A stretch of DNA of 64,000 bases from Methanomicrobiales archaeon (GCA_037137755.1 JBAXJR010000009.1:1-64000); one strand, 5' to 3'; positions 40,211-51,467 are shown, counted from the stretch's first letter. Notes: generated by a model from the sequence alone, not told the origin. Translations and numbers: made by a program.

Positions 40211-40480
40211 ATGATTACTCAGGATGTTGTACAGAAACTCTGGGATTCAGCGGGTTATGGGAACGTTGCGATATGGGGGGACGATACCATGACCGTCGTA
40301 CCGGTAGATTACCCTGGTGAAACTGCCGGAAAAAAACCCCTTGTCATCCTCAAGCCAATCGCCCTCGTGAACCGGTACGAGCTCCTGGATTATGCCCTCC
40401 ATGACGAAGAATTGCTTACAAGAATTGAAGACACCCTCCACGCTGCCGGTGGACAGGTGACACGGGATCATAAGTCATAA
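40211..40480 (+). CDS. Hypothetical protein
   Basis: 89-aa ORF with GAGGTGA RBS. Confidence 0.7.
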   Translation: MITQDVVQKLWDSAGYGNVAIWGDDTMTVVPVDYPGETAGKKPLVILKPIALVNRYELLDYALHDEELLTRIEDTLHAAGGQVTRDHKS

Positions 40481-40730
40481 CCCTGGTGCAACGCTATTTC
40501 CCACCCCACACCGGGTTACTACCACACCTGGTAAAACCGGGAACACAATTGCATTTTCCCGAATTTAACAGGCCTCGTTTTTCGTGGTTTCAGACATGAG
40601 GGGCCAACAACCGGCATGAACTGCCTGCCACGTCATTCAGGCAATGTACCTCCTTTTCCAGCCAAAGCAGACCCGTCAGAAAAGAGTTATAAAGGAGTTA
40701 TAATAATGTCTGGTAACAGAATATCGTTTC

Positions 40731-41534
40731 ATGACCCTGATTCCTGCTGATACCGTACCGGTAGACGATGTGTCTCTTGCATACCGGGAGTATGGTTCGG
40801 GATACCCGGTAGTCCTGATCAATGGGTTAGCTTCCACGATGGATATGTGGAACCCCCCGGTTCTTGCCAGGATTTCTGAACAGTTCAGGGTCATCATCTT
40901 CGATAACCGCGGCACCGGGTACTCATGTTCATCGGGCAAACCACTCTCCATTTCCCTACTTGCCAGTGATACGGCAACGTTGATGGATGCTCTCGGCATC
41001 TCTTCTGCTCACATCCTCGGGCTGTCAATGGGAGCGTCCATTGCGCAGGAACTTATTCTCAGTTACCCGGAAAAAGTAACCCGGCTCATCCTGGTGGCTG
41101 GTGAATCCGGGGGGGCCGAATCGGTGCGGGCAAAGCCGGAGATCATGACAAAGCTCATGGATAAGAATGGAACAATGCAGGATGTAGCCAATCGTATGTT
41201 TTCCCTGCTTTTCCCGCAATCCTGGCTGGACACCCATGATCCACTCCTCTACTGCCCCGAAATTCACGAAACAACAAGCGGTGAGATGGTTGCACGACAG
41301 GCAGCTGCATTCTTTGGATGGACGGGATCGTTTAGCCGATTAGGTGACATCCATTTGCCGACTCTGGTTATCACCGGAACAGAGGATGTAATTGTCCCAC
41401 CCGTGAACGCGGATATTCTAGCCGGGGGGATCCCCCGTGCACAACTGGTCAGGATCCCCGATGCAGGACACGGACTGATGTACCAGGTCCCGGACAGGTT
41501 CAGTGATTGCGTACTGGATTTTCTGAACAACTGA
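40731..41534 (+). CDS. Alpha/beta hydrolase (cytoplasmic paralog of 31219-32175)
   Basis: FDNRGTG; GLSMG; AGHGLMYQ. Confidence 0.92.
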   Translation: MTLIPADTVPVDDVSLAYREYGSGYPVVLINGLASTMDMWNPPVLARISEQFRVIIFDNRGTGYSCSSGKPLSISLLASDTATLMDALGISSAHILGLSMGASIAQELILSYPEKVTRLILVAGESGGAESVRAKPEIMTKLMDKNGTMQDVANRMFSLLFPQSWLDTHDPLLYCPEIHETTSGEMVARQAAAFFGWTGSFSRLGDIHLPTLVITGTEDVIVPPVNADILAGGIPRAQLVRIPDAGHGLMYQVPDRFSDCVLDFLNN

Positions 41535-41743
41535 AATCCGAAAATACCACTTGGAGAACAAATAATAGCTGGATGAACAGGTCTGACACTATCCCCGGCA
41601 CCGTGCAGGTTCCCGGGAATTTAGATTCCCAACTTCAAAATTACAGCACTGGGAACGTAACAGTTCCCCGGTATTCTGCACCTGGCATGACGTGACCATC
41701 ACCTTTATAGTTAGGTAAAGCCTAACTAACGAAAGATCGACGT

Positions 41744-42163
41744 ATGATGGAACGGGGGGAAGATCTGTGTGAAGCATTTGAGGGCCTTATCCGGCTCAAA
41801 AACGACTGCTCCTGCAATATCTTCTCTGAATGCGGATTGTCGGATCTAACGGTCAAACAGATCGCTTACCTGAAAGTCATCGATCAACATGGGGAAATCA
41901 CCTTCAGCAGGCTTGCCGAGATCACCCGGAACTCGAAACCCACCATCACCGAGATGATCAACAGATTTGTCCGGATGGAATGCGTGTTCCGCGAACGATG
42001 TCCCGATGATGGCAGGATCCTGTACATCCGCCTGACCGAAAAGGGACAGAAGATCGCAAAAGCTGAACAAGCCGCTATGCAGCGGGTGATTGAACGGATG
42101 ATGAATTCACTGGATCAACATGAGCTGGATCTCCTGGTAGAGATCCTGCAGAAAGTCAGGTAA
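41744..42163 (+). CDS. MarR family transcriptional regulator
   Basis: LTVKQ..YL...LAE....KPTIT...DGR...IRLTEKG. Confidence 0.9.
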   Translation: MMERGEDLCEAFEGLIRLKNDCSCNIFSECGLSDLTVKQIAYLKVIDQHGEITFSRLAEITRNSKPTITEMINRFVRMECVFRERCPDDGRILYIRLTEKGQKIAKAEQAAMQRVIERMMNSLDQHELDLLVEILQKVR

Positions 42164-42175
42164 ATTACAACGACA

Positions 42176-44575
42176 ATGAACGAGGCACCAATGCAATCAA
42201 CAGAACCTGAAGATACACAGGAAAGAATTGTCATACCACTCTTTGAGGTAGTGGTATACCCCAATAACCGGACGAAATTCCGGGTTGACCAGGCTACGGG
42301 AGATCTCCTGCAGGCCGCGATAAATGATGACGGGGCAGCGTATGCCGTCGGAATTACCGTCAAAAGCGGGACGAGGCCGTCGGAGCTGACAGAGGAGTCG
42401 CTCTATAAAACTGGGAACCTGTTCAGGATACCCCACCTTCAGCCTGCTGATGACGGGTACCTGATATGTGCAGAAGTGGTTAAGAGAGTAAAAGTCACCT
42501 CCCTTACCGAACGGGATGGACGGCTCTGTGCCAGTTACATGGCGATCCAAGATATCCAGGACCTCGATGAAGAGCTCCAAGGACGGATCCTTGTCGATGT
42601 AAAATCCACCATAGAGGAAATCAGCAGCCGGTTCCCGGGATCTGAACAGTTCACCAAGCCGCTCGGCCGGATGACTTCCATCGAGCAGATCATGGGGTTT
42701 GTCATGCCCTACCTGCCGGTGAGTATCGCAGAAAAACAGGCACTCCTGGAAGTTGATTCTGTCAGGGAACGGTATATTACATTCCTCGATCTCCTCATCA
42801 AAACAAGGGAGGACATCAATATCCGGATCGAGATGGCAAAGAAAGTCTCTGACCGGGTGAGCAAGTCAAACCGGGAAGCAATGCTCCGGGAGCAGCTGAA
42901 GGTGATCCAGGAGGAGCTGAACGAGAGCGAAGGAAATACCGGGGACAGCGGGTACCGGGAACGGGTTGAGAACTCAAAAATGCCGGATGATGTGCGCAAA
43001 AAGGCACTGGTAGAAGTAAAGAAGCTCGAGACCGGAGGACCCCACAACCATGAGGGTTCGGTGATCCGTAACTATCTCGACCTCCTGCTCGACCTTCCCT
43101 GGGTAACGGAGGAGAAAAAGAGCTTAGATATCGAACAGGCCCGGAAGGTACTCGAGAGTCATCACAACGGCCTCGATAAGGTCAAGGAGCGGATAATCCA
43201 GCACCTTGCGGTCATGAAACTGAAGCAGGAGAAACAGGGCTCGATCCTCCTCTTCGCAGGCCCGCCCGGGACTGGCAAGACGAGCCTTGGCAAGAGCATT
43301 GCCGAGGCACTTGGGCGAAAATATGTCAGGATAAGCCTTGGCGGTGTCAGGGATGAGGCCGAGATCCGCGGGCACAGGAGGACCTATGTCGGGGCACTGC
43401 CGGGCAGGATTATCCAGGGGATACAAAAAGCCGGGACGAAAAACCCCGTCTTCATCCTCGACGAGATCGACAAGCTGGCAATGTCCTACGCAGGAGACCC
43501 GGCAAGTGCCCTGCTCGAAGTCCTTGACCCCGAGCAGAACAACACCTTCTCGGACCATTACCTCGAGGTAGCCTACGATCTCTCCGAAGTCCTGTTCATC
43601 GCTACCGCGAACTCCCTGGCAACGATCCCGGCTCCCCTCCTTGACCGGATGGAACTGATCGAGATTTCAGGCTATACGAAAAACGAGAAGTTCGCGATAG
43701 CAAAAGACCACCTGATGCCGGAGACCCTGGCTGAGCATGGCCTCGATGCGGACAAGCTCCAGATAGAAGACGAGGCATTGAAGGTGATTATAGAAAAATA
43801 CACCCGGGAAGCAGGCGTCCGGTGGCTGAAGAAACAACTGGCGAAAATCGCACGCCACGTTTCGGAGAAGATTGTTTCCGGTAAGGCAGAGCTGCCGTTC
43901 GTCGTAACTCCGGATATGCTTTCCGTGATACTCGGGAAGGAGCCGGTACGGCAGGAAGTTGCCAGGAAAGAACGGGTCCCGGGCGTCGTAACCGGCCTTG
44001 CGTGGACCCCGGTAGGCGGCGAGATCCTGTTTATCGAAGGTACCTTCATGCCCGGGAAAGGCAAACTGACCCTTACCGGTCAGCTAGGGGACGTCATGAA
44101 GGAGTCGGCGACGATTTCTTTAAGCCTCATCCGGTCACGGCTTGCAAACACCACAAACGGTTTCGACTTCATCACGCGGGATATCCATATCCACGTACCA
44201 TCAGGTGCAACCCCGAAAGACGGCCCATCAGCAGGGGTGACCCTGTTTACAGCCCTCGCATCGCTCATCACAGGGAAGACCGTTGACTCGCACGTTGCGA
44301 TGACCGGGGAGATCACACTGAGCGGTGGGGTATTACCGGTCGGTGGAATCAAGGAAAAAGTCCTTGCTGCACACCGGGCGGGAATCACAAAAGTGATCCT
44401 GCCGAAGGAGAACGAACGGGACCTGGAGGATGTGCCCGAAGATGTCCGGAGCGAACTGGTGTTTGTTACCGTGGAAACAATCGAGGATGTCCTTAAGGAG
44501 GCTCTTGGCATTGAGCTACCCCAGACCATTGTCGAGTACTCAGGGAACAGTTTTGTCCCGGTGCAGAATATCTGA
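42176..44575 (+). CDS. lon: ATP-dependent Lon protease (LonA, bacterial type)
   Basis: LON N-domain, Walker A GPPGTGKT, Walker B ILDEID, catalytic KDGPSAG and GGIKEK. Confidence 0.97.
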   Translation: MNEAPMQSTEPEDTQERIVIPLFEVVVYPNNRTKFRVDQATGDLLQAAINDDGAAYAVGITVKSGTRPSELTEESLYKTGNLFRIPHLQPADDGYLICAEVVKRVKVTSLTERDGRLCASYMAIQDIQDLDEELQGRILVDVKSTIEEISSRFPGSEQFTKPLGRMTSIEQIMGFVMPYLPVSIAEKQALLEVDSVRERYITFLDLLIKTREDINIRIEMAKKVSDRVSKSNREAMLREQLKVIQEELNESEGNTGDSGYRERVENSKMPDDVRKKALVEVKKLETGGPHNHEGSVIRNYLDLLLDLPWVTEEKKSLDIEQARKVLESHHNGLDKVKERIIQHLAVMKLKQEKQGSILLFAGPPGTGKTSLGKSIAEALGRKYVRISLGGVRDEAEIRGHRRTYVGALPGRIIQGIQKAGTKNPVFILDEIDKLAMSYAGDPASALLEVLDPEQNNTFSDHYLEVAYDLSEVLFIATANSLATIPAPLLDRMELIEISGYTKNEKFAIAKDHLMPETLAEHGLDADKLQIEDEALKVIIEKYTREAGVRWLKKQLAKIARHVSEKIVSGKAELPFVVTPDMLSVILGKEPVRQEVARKERVPGVVTGLAWTPVGGEILFIEGTFMPGKGKLTLTGQLGDVMKESATISLSLIRSRLANTTNGFDFITRDIHIHVPSGATPKDGPSAGVTLFTALASLITGKTVDSHVAMTGEITLSGGVLPVGGIKEKVLAAHRAGITKVILPKENERDLEDVPEDVRSELVFVTVETIEDVLKEALGIELPQTIVEYSGNSFVPVQNI

Positions 44576-44724
44576 TGGTAGAAAATAGATAACCAGGGCC
44601 CCGGGGGGGTAAATGTGGGATGTGAGACAAAGCCCGCATCCTCCCCTGGATTAACCCCTTTTTTCCCTTGGTACTGTTACTATCCTTTTTAAAAAAATAA
44701 AAAGGCCGGAAATGCAATTTTTTA

Positions 44725-46062
44725 TTATGAGGACAGACCATCAGATGGCAATCCTATTGTCCTGACGGCAGTATCGTAAGACTGGCGGATGATTTGCCTA
44801 TCGTGTTCAGAAGAGATTTTTACAACACTCTCTTCTTTTATCAGCATAGCATGCTGAAGGAGAACTTTGCGTATTTCATCAGACGTTCCGTGACTTGCGA
44901 TGCGTCCGATAGTGTTGAGCATCAGGGCAATAATATTTGGATTGTCCCGGGAGTAGTACCGGATGGGGTCAAACGATACGCTCATTAACTGGTCAAATGA
45001 ACGGGTTTTCAGGATTAACCGGAACGAGCCGGACTTATCCTGCCTGTAGGGGCAGGGATTCCCACGTTCCGCACTGAACGAAAGGGCCACACCAAGCTGG
45101 TTCAGCACCATCGACGGAATGGATGGATCGAAAAATCTTACGGACCGGGCAATGATGTTCACCAGCTGGGTGATACCTAATTCGGGGTCCTGTACCATGG
45201 TGCGGTATTTTCCCAGTATGAAGCAGTCCCGGATATCATCTGAGACTCCCTGGCAAGGACTTTTTGACCAGGCAACCAGCAGGGTATCTCCAGGTCCGAT
45301 GAAATCCCCCGGGGTGTGTGCGACAGAGATCACCAGGTTATTTTGCTGTGCGATTTTTAGCAATCGCTCGTAATCGATCGAACGGATATACCCGGAATAT
45401 CCAGAGTTTATCGGGACTCCCTCACGGATAATGGCATCTTCACTCTCTCTGAAAATTTCCGGTGAACCGCTGGCCGGCGTACCTGGCAGACGGTCTTTCC
45501 GGATCGATTGTGTCAGTTCGCTCCCGAGCCGGGAGATAATGGTGGAGGCCTGTAATCCTGTCGTGACATGATGGAAAAAATAGAGCAGGGCACAAATATC
45601 AATAACGAGGAATACCGTTGAAGCCGTTGCGGATAAAACTGGTACCGAAACGGTAAAGGATGGACGCGAGATGATCAGGATGAGGGTAATATTGAATATC
45701 ATGGAGGCTGCAAAAAGTCCAAGCACAATCTGGGCACGAATATCCCGGAGAAATGCCCGGAGAAGAATTGTTCCATACTGGGATGACGCCATGGTCAACG
45801 GCACCAGGGTAACTGAAAATACCACACCTATGACTCCTAACTCGGTGGTTGTATAGGTGATAAGAGTACCAGTCAGGTTCCCGGGGGACACATGAAAATA
45901 ATACCAAAAGACTTCGAAGATGGAAGTTGGTATCAGCCTTTCCAGGTTCGTAATAACGTGTGCAAGAAGGAACGCTAGTACCATCATCACGGCTGGTACA
46001 AAAATATAAGTTGAACGGAGTCGGTCAAGTAAATCAGTCAACCGGATCAAGGTAATTTTCAT
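44725..46062 (-). CDS. DUF2254 family membrane protein
   Basis: FSVTLVPLTMASSQY...SGYIRSID...PGDFI...RTMVQDPELGI.QL..I. Confidence 0.85.
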   Translation of the reverse strand: MKITLIRLTDLLDRLRSTYIFVPAVMMVLAFLLAHVITNLERLIPTSIFEVFWYYFHVSPGNLTGTLITYTTTELGVIGVVFSVTLVPLTMASSQYGTILLRAFLRDIRAQIVLGLFAASMIFNITLILIISRPSFTVSVPVLSATASTVFLVIDICALLYFFHHVTTGLQASTIISRLGSELTQSIRKDRLPGTPASGSPEIFRESEDAIIREGVPINSGYSGYIRSIDYERLLKIAQQNNLVISVAHTPGDFIGPGDTLLVAWSKSPCQGVSDDIRDCFILGKYRTMVQDPELGITQLVNIIARSVRFFDPSIPSMVLNQLGVALSFSAERGNPCPYRQDKSGSFRLILKTRSFDQLMSVSFDPIRYYSRDNPNIIALMLNTIGRIASHGTSDEIRKVLLQHAMLIKEESVVKISSEHDRQIIRQSYDTAVRTIGLPSDGLSS

Positions 46063-46239
46063 CTGGGTAACCCTCGCTGATTAGAGAATATAGTATCCTT
46101 TTCTGATTTAAAGAAAATTGGAAGACAACGGGAGATCCTTCTCTTATCGATAACAATGTAGTTACCAAGCCTGCCTCAATATTCACAATAAACATCAACC
46201 GCAGAAAAAGCAATAGCCTTGCCGGATGAGTAGATACCT

Positions 46240-47598
46240 GTGATAACCAGCGTCGAACCGGAACGGGTCCGGGTATTCAATGATGCCACGGTACGGACCG
46301 GGGACTACGTCCTCTACTGGATGCAGGCCTCGCATCGAACTGAAGATAACCCGGCACTCCGGTATGCAGTCGAACGGGCAGACCAGGCTCATCTTCCACT
46401 CTTTGTGTATTTTGGGCTCTGGCAGACCTATCCCGAGGCAAACCTCCGTCATTTCCGGTTCATGCTGGAAGGGCTTACTGAAGTCGCACACTCACTCGAG
46501 TCCCTTGGAATCCGGTTCATACTCAGGATTGAGCCGCCGGACAAGGGAGTCCTGAATTTCTTGAAGGATGCAACGATAGTAATTGTCGACCGTGGCTACC
46601 TCAGGCAGCAGCAGTTGTGGTACCCTGCCGTTGCTGAACGATGCCCCTGCCCACTTATTCAGGTTGAGGGAAACGTGGTCGTGCCGGTAGAGGTAGCATC
46701 CCAAAAGGAGGAGTATTCTGCAGCCACCTTCCGCCGGAAGGTCACATACCACGTGGACAGGTTCCTGCACCCTGCGAAAACGGCTAGTCCAAAACGTTCT
46801 TCTCCCGGCCTTGACCTTCCGACACTTGCCGGTGAAACAACTGAAGCAATTCTTTCACAGCTCACTATTGACCGTTCGGTCCCCGCATCGGCTATATACA
46901 AAGGAGGGACAGCGGAAGCGAACCGTCGATATGAAGAGTTTCTCGACAAACGACTCAGTGGTTATGCTGATAACCGCAACGATCCCGGTGGTGAAGGTGG
47001 TTCGGAAATGAGTCCCTACCTCCATTTTGGCCAGGTATCGCCGGTTACCCTTGCAGTCCTCGCACAGGAACACGGAGGGGGTGGGACTCCTGCCTTTCTC
47101 GAACAGTTAATTGTCCGCCGGGAACTTGCGGTAAATTTTGTCCGGTACAATGACCACTACGATTCATTCTCGTCACTTCCTGCATGGGCACAGAAAACGC
47201 TGGCTCTTCATCATGCTGATCCACGGGAGTTTGGGTATTCACTCAATGAACTGGAGCGGGCAGAAACCCATGACCCGTACTGGAATGCAGCACAGCAGGA
47301 GATGGTGAAGACAGGTAAGATGCAGGGCTACATGCGGATGTACTGGGGAAAAAAGGTCCTCGAATGGAGCAGAACGCCGGAGGAGGCCTACTCAACAGCC
47401 CTGCATCTCAATAATAAATACGAGATCGACGGGAGGGACCCGAACGGTTACGCAGGGGTTGCCTGGTGCTTTGGCAAACACGACCGCCCGTGGGGGGAGC
47501 GTCCGATCTTTGGCATGGTGCGGTACATGAATTCGAAGGGACTTACACGAAAGTTTGAGATGGACCAGTACCTCGAAAATGTAAGGCAGGGACGCTGA
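46240..47598 (+). CDS. phrB: Class II CPD photolyase
   Basis: VLYWMQASHR..DNPAL; SPYLHFGQ; RRELA.NF; MQGYMRMYWGKK; YEIDGRDPNGY. Confidence 0.95.
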   Translation: MITSVEPERVRVFNDATVRTGDYVLYWMQASHRTEDNPALRYAVERADQAHLPLFVYFGLWQTYPEANLRHFRFMLEGLTEVAHSLESLGIRFILRIEPPDKGVLNFLKDATIVIVDRGYLRQQQLWYPAVAERCPCPLIQVEGNVVVPVEVASQKEEYSAATFRRKVTYHVDRFLHPAKTASPKRSSPGLDLPTLAGETTEAILSQLTIDRSVPASAIYKGGTAEANRRYEEFLDKRLSGYADNRNDPGGEGGSEMSPYLHFGQVSPVTLAVLAQEHGGGGTPAFLEQLIVRRELAVNFVRYNDHYDSFSSLPAWAQKTLALHHADPREFGYSLNELERAETHDPYWNAAQQEMVKTGKMQGYMRMYWGKKVLEWSRTPEEAYSTALHLNNKYEIDGRDPNGYAGVAWCFGKHDRPWGERPIFGMVRYMNSKGLTRKFEMDQYLENVRQGR

Positions 47599-47650
47599 AA
47601 AAGAGACATATGATATACCGGGTCCGTAGGGAGAGAGCTGGTAAGCGATC

Positions 47651-48684
47651 TCATCCTTTTTTGAAGATCCCGGGATTTTCCCGGGTATTCGGCGCATTCC
47701 GGCTTTTCCAGACATCCCTGCCCCGGTCCGTGATATCTTCAGGGAGGTCCGCGAGCTCGACAGGGTATGGAGCAAAGTATGTCTGGTTCAACAGGGCCGG
47801 CTCCTGGAACCGGATGACCCACGAACGGAGCAGGTCGCGGGGTTCAGCAAGCGTTGCATGACCCTCCCTGTAGCGGTCGATTAATCTGAGGCAATACGCT
47901 TTTTCCTCGCCCGAAACCCGGTTGCTGAAATACCCCATACTATGGTGGAGGACATTGATATTGTTCGTATATCGTGGGACCTGGGCAAGTGCAGCACAGA
48001 GCAGGTGGCGGTAGTGGAAAAACAGCTCTGCCGGCTCCTTCTTTGCCCGGGATGCGACAAGCCTTCCCATCTCACGTATGAGCTGCTGGTGGCAGGCCAT
48101 AAGGACTAACTTGTTGGCTGCATGGAATGTTACGAGATCTTCCCGTTCACCTTTCTCTTCCACTGCACGGAATGCCGCAAGGGTAAAAATTGTGGTGAGA
48201 AAGTGGTCACGGATCCGCGCATTGTTCAGACGCAGTTCATCTTCAACCGGCAGCTCGGAGAAACGTTTCAGGACCTCGCGGGCAAAAAACCGGCAGTTCT
48301 TTCAATAGCCTGGGATTTTTCGGCTGACGGGTATACACTCACACCACTGGTACCTGACGTGGGAGAACAGCCTTTTAAGATAAAACAGTCAACAGGGGGC
48401 AGGGAATCAAGAAACCGATTGTCAAAGACTATCATCTCTCCGGTAACATCCCGGGCGGTAGCAGGCTGGATGAGATGATCGACCCCATCTATCCGCACGA
48501 TCCTGACCGTTGCCCGCGGGATACCCAGGCCGATCTCAACCTCCGGACAGACCGGCATGCAATCAACGTGGGATTTTAGTTGTGCTACAACAGGAGAAGG
48601 GATCTTCGAACCATCATAACGGCAGGAGTCAAACTCGATACAACGGCTGATTACAATGCGGGGTCACGGGTAATCTCGTACCAT
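47651..48684 (-). pseudogene. DUF523/DUF1722 (YbgA-like) pseudogene
   Basis: MVRDYP*PRIVISRCIEFDSCRYDG...CPEVEIGLG.PR with in-frame TGA at 48664-48666 and a frameshift in the homopolymer near 48285; C-terminal FHAANKL.LMA...NVL.H..GYFS...QTYF.PYP. Confidence 0.88.
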
Positions 48685-48798
48685 GTGGTATCACTCTACC
48701 TTTTGAGTTGCAGCAGCATGAATATGAATTCTTGTGCATTTGATCATCATTATTATCCTCTTGTTTAAGACTAGTAATCCATAGGAATGATGATCTGA

Positions 48799-49275
48799 AT
48801 GGATCCGGTAAAAATCCCCAAGATGCCAAAAGCTGAGTATGATGCCCTGATCGAACGCCAGTATGTATCAAGGATTTCCTTTGGCGCATGTGACCATCCC
48901 TATATAGCCCCGTTCATGTATGTCTTTGACAAGAAGTACCTCTATTTCCTTTCCACAAAGTATGGCAGGAAGATGGAGTACTTTACTGCAAACCCAAAGG
49001 TCTCTGTCGAAATTGAGGAGTACGCCCCAGACATGTCTGCCTTTACGTTTGTGAGCCTGCAGGGGAGTATCGAGGAGGTGAAGGACCCGGAACAGAAAAC
49101 GAGGGTACGAAAACAGTTCGTAGAGATGATTGCGAAAAACCGTCTTTCACCCCGGGTACTCACGGCTCTTGGTCACAACCCGGGTGACAGCCCGGATGTA
49201 ATTGTCCGCGAAGAGCGTTCAATGGTCTGGAAACTGGTGGGGGTCAGGGACATTGTTGCCCTGAAAAACGGGTAA
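48799..49275 (+). CDS. Pyridoxamine 5'-phosphate oxidase-like flavin-binding protein
   Basis: PYIAPF.Y...LYF...GRKM.....NPKVSVEI. Confidence 0.85.
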   Translation: MDPVKIPKMPKAEYDALIERQYVSRISFGACDHPYIAPFMYVFDKKYLYFLSTKYGRKMEYFTANPKVSVEIEEYAPDMSAFTFVSLQGSIEEVKDPEQKTRVRKQFVEMIAKNRLSPRVLTALGHNPGDSPDVIVREERSMVWKLVGVRDIVALKNG

Positions 49276-49474
49276 TCCCAAGCTCTTTTTTTCGCACGTT
49301 ATTCCACGGGACACCGCTGGAAGCCAGAGAACAGGTGAATCCATCCTGTAATAATTCAGTCCGGGACCGAAGTACTACTCCGGTAGTGTTCCGGGCTGAA
49401 AAGTCCGCCCCATCAGGAGCGAAACATCCATAATGTCCCCGGGGTATATACCGCATAGCGGAGATTACGCGATT

Positions 49475-49993
49475 ATGGCGGATACAATACCCTATGATAT
49501 CACCGGGAAAGAAGGAACTATTGAATACAGGCACTACCCCGGACTGGTGCTTGCAACAGTGGATAGTCCCGGGAACGATACCGGTTTCAACCTGCTCTTT
49601 GCCTACATTTCAGGCAGCAATCATACCCGCGATGCGATACCGATGACCTCTCCCGTCATAACATTAAAAAAGATTCCAATGACCGCACCGGTTGTTTCAG
49701 ATGCGTCATCGATGTCATTTGTCATGCCCGCAGGAAAATCACGGGAGGAGATCCCTGACCCGCTGGACAACAGGGTGCGAATCGTCACTATTCCGGAACG
49801 GGAAGTTGCTGTCATCCGTTTCCGTGGATATGCATCTCAACAAGAGGTGGATGAGACCATGTCCCTGCTGCAGGAAGGGCTGAAAAAAGCTGGCATCGCC
49901 GCTGTGGGCCAGCCTTTCCTGATGAGGTACAACCCACCGTGGACTCCGGGCTTCCTGCGGCGGAATGAAGTGGGGGTAGAGATCAGTCGGTAG
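49475..49993 (+). CDS. SOUL heme-binding family protein (cytoplasmic copy)
   Basis: EYRHYP...GF..LFAYISG.N...IPMTAPV...MSFVMP...YNPPWTP.FLRRNEV. Confidence 0.92.
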   Translation: MADTIPYDITGKEGTIEYRHYPGLVLATVDSPGNDTGFNLLFAYISGSNHTRDAIPMTSPVITLKKIPMTAPVVSDASSMSFVMPAGKSREEIPDPLDNRVRIVTIPEREVAVIRFRGYASQQEVDETMSLLQEGLKKAGIAAVGQPFLMRYNPPWTPGFLRRNEVGVEISR

Positions 49994-50255
49994 TGTAAAT
50001 GGTCATTACAGGGGGTCTCAATCAACCTGTTCGGGTACCTTGGACGGATGGCCCGGGGTCAGGGAAAGACAACGGTTCACCAGATCCTTTTATCGTCGGA
50101 GCGGGTCCAGGAAAAAAGGGAGCAACACTCCTGCCCGGGGAGGTTCATCCACAACCCTTTTGTGATACGATACGGTAAAGGCCCAGATCAGAATTTTTTT
50201 ATACAATACTGATTCGACATCCACATTTATTACCTGTGGAGCCCCATTGGGCAGT

Positions 50256-50849
50256 ATGCGAAAAATCCTCCTGGTGTCATCTGCCGTTATAATTATCCTG
50301 TTGCTGGCCCTTTTTCTGCTGGCCCAGCCTGCTACAGAGACAATTCCCTACACAGTTAAAGGGAATACCGGAGCGATCGAGTTCCGACACTACCCCGCAA
50401 TGGTGCTTGCTACCGTGGACAGTCCCGGGAGCGACGCCGGTTTCAGCCCGCTCTTTGCCTACATCTCAGGCAGCAATAAAGCCCGGAGTAAAATCCCGAT
50501 GACTGCGCCGGTAATAACCTCGGAAAAGATACCGATGACCACCCCGGTTGTTTCAGATGCGTCATCGATGTCGTTTGTCATGCCCGCAGGAACATCGAGG
50601 GATGAGATCCCCGATCCGCTGGACAGCCGGGTGCGGATTGTCACTATTCCGGAACGGGATGTTGCGGTCATCCGCTTTTCCGGGGATGGCTCCCGGCAGG
50701 ATGTGGATGCGAAAACATCCCTGCTGCAGGAAGGACTGAAAAACGCGGGCATTAACGCTGTGGGCCAGCCGTTTCTGATGCGCTACGATTCACCATGGAC
50801 ACCGGGCTTCCTGCGGCGGAACGAGGTGGGGATGGAGATCTCGCGATAG
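50256..50849 (+). CDS. SOUL heme-binding family protein (N-terminal signal/anchor copy)
   Basis: Same motifs and high similarity to 49475-49993, plus a hydrophobic N-terminus. Confidence 0.92.
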   Translation: MRKILLVSSAVIIILLLALFLLAQPATETIPYTVKGNTGAIEFRHYPAMVLATVDSPGSDAGFSPLFAYISGSNKARSKIPMTAPVITSEKIPMTTPVVSDASSMSFVMPAGTSRDEIPDPLDSRVRIVTIPERDVAVIRFSGDGSRQDVDAKTSLLQEGLKNAGINAVGQPFLMRYDSPWTPGFLRRNEVGMEISR

Positions 50850-51049
50850 TTTCAAAAGCCCTTTTAATGGAGTATCATTGGCTTTGATACGCTCCAGCCA
50901 CGTTTCCCCGGGGTTCACCCTTTTTTTTGACCAACGATTCGGTCCAGTACCTGAATAGCATGTGTTGGGAAAATGAATGGAACTGGATTTGCGGACACCA
51001 GAGTAGATGAACGAGCTTATTCTTTATGCAATCTCTGACAGCGGCGGGG

Positions 51050-51370
51050 TTACCGGTTCAGTGAGGCACCCCAGAGGGTGTGCTCGTAACGCTGGGCCAT
51101 TTCAGAGCCGCGGGTGCAGAATTTCTGGTATTTCATGCCATATTCAGGGGTGATGGGGCACGTGGGACATTTGCAGGTTTTCTCATCGGAAATGCACATG
51201 AAACTTTTTCCGATTGCGCAAAAAAGCCGTTCTTTTGAATTCTTTGCACAATCGTTGTAGGTTGGACAGGTTGGACAAATGCATTTCTCTTTGTACATTT
51301 CCAGGCCGACCCTCTGCTCTTCAGGGGTCATCTTCTGCCATGCCTCGGACATTTGTTCGAATTTATCCAT
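51050..51370 (-). CDS. DUF2769 family Cys-rich protein
   Basis: CICPTCPTY..C....E.LFC..GKS..CI.....C.CP.CP.....FC.RG. Confidence 0.85.
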   Translation of the reverse strand: MDKFEQMSEAWQKMTPEEQRVGLEMYKEKCICPTCPTYNDCAKNSKERLFCAIGKSFMCISDEKTCKCPTCPITPEYGMKYQKFCTRGSEMAQRYEHTLWGASLNR

Positions 51371-51467
51371 GATGCATCACACAGGTAATTGAGACAGGCG
51401 ATATTTAGAATTTTTGCTGGTAATGATTCATTTTTTTGCTCTGAAGAAATCATTTTTTTAAATAAAT

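Noticed and set aside
49475-50849. SOUL gene pair as a DGR template/variable repeat
   Set aside because: Both copies are intact ORFs, the differences are not adenine-specific, and there is no RT; an ordinary tandem duplication.
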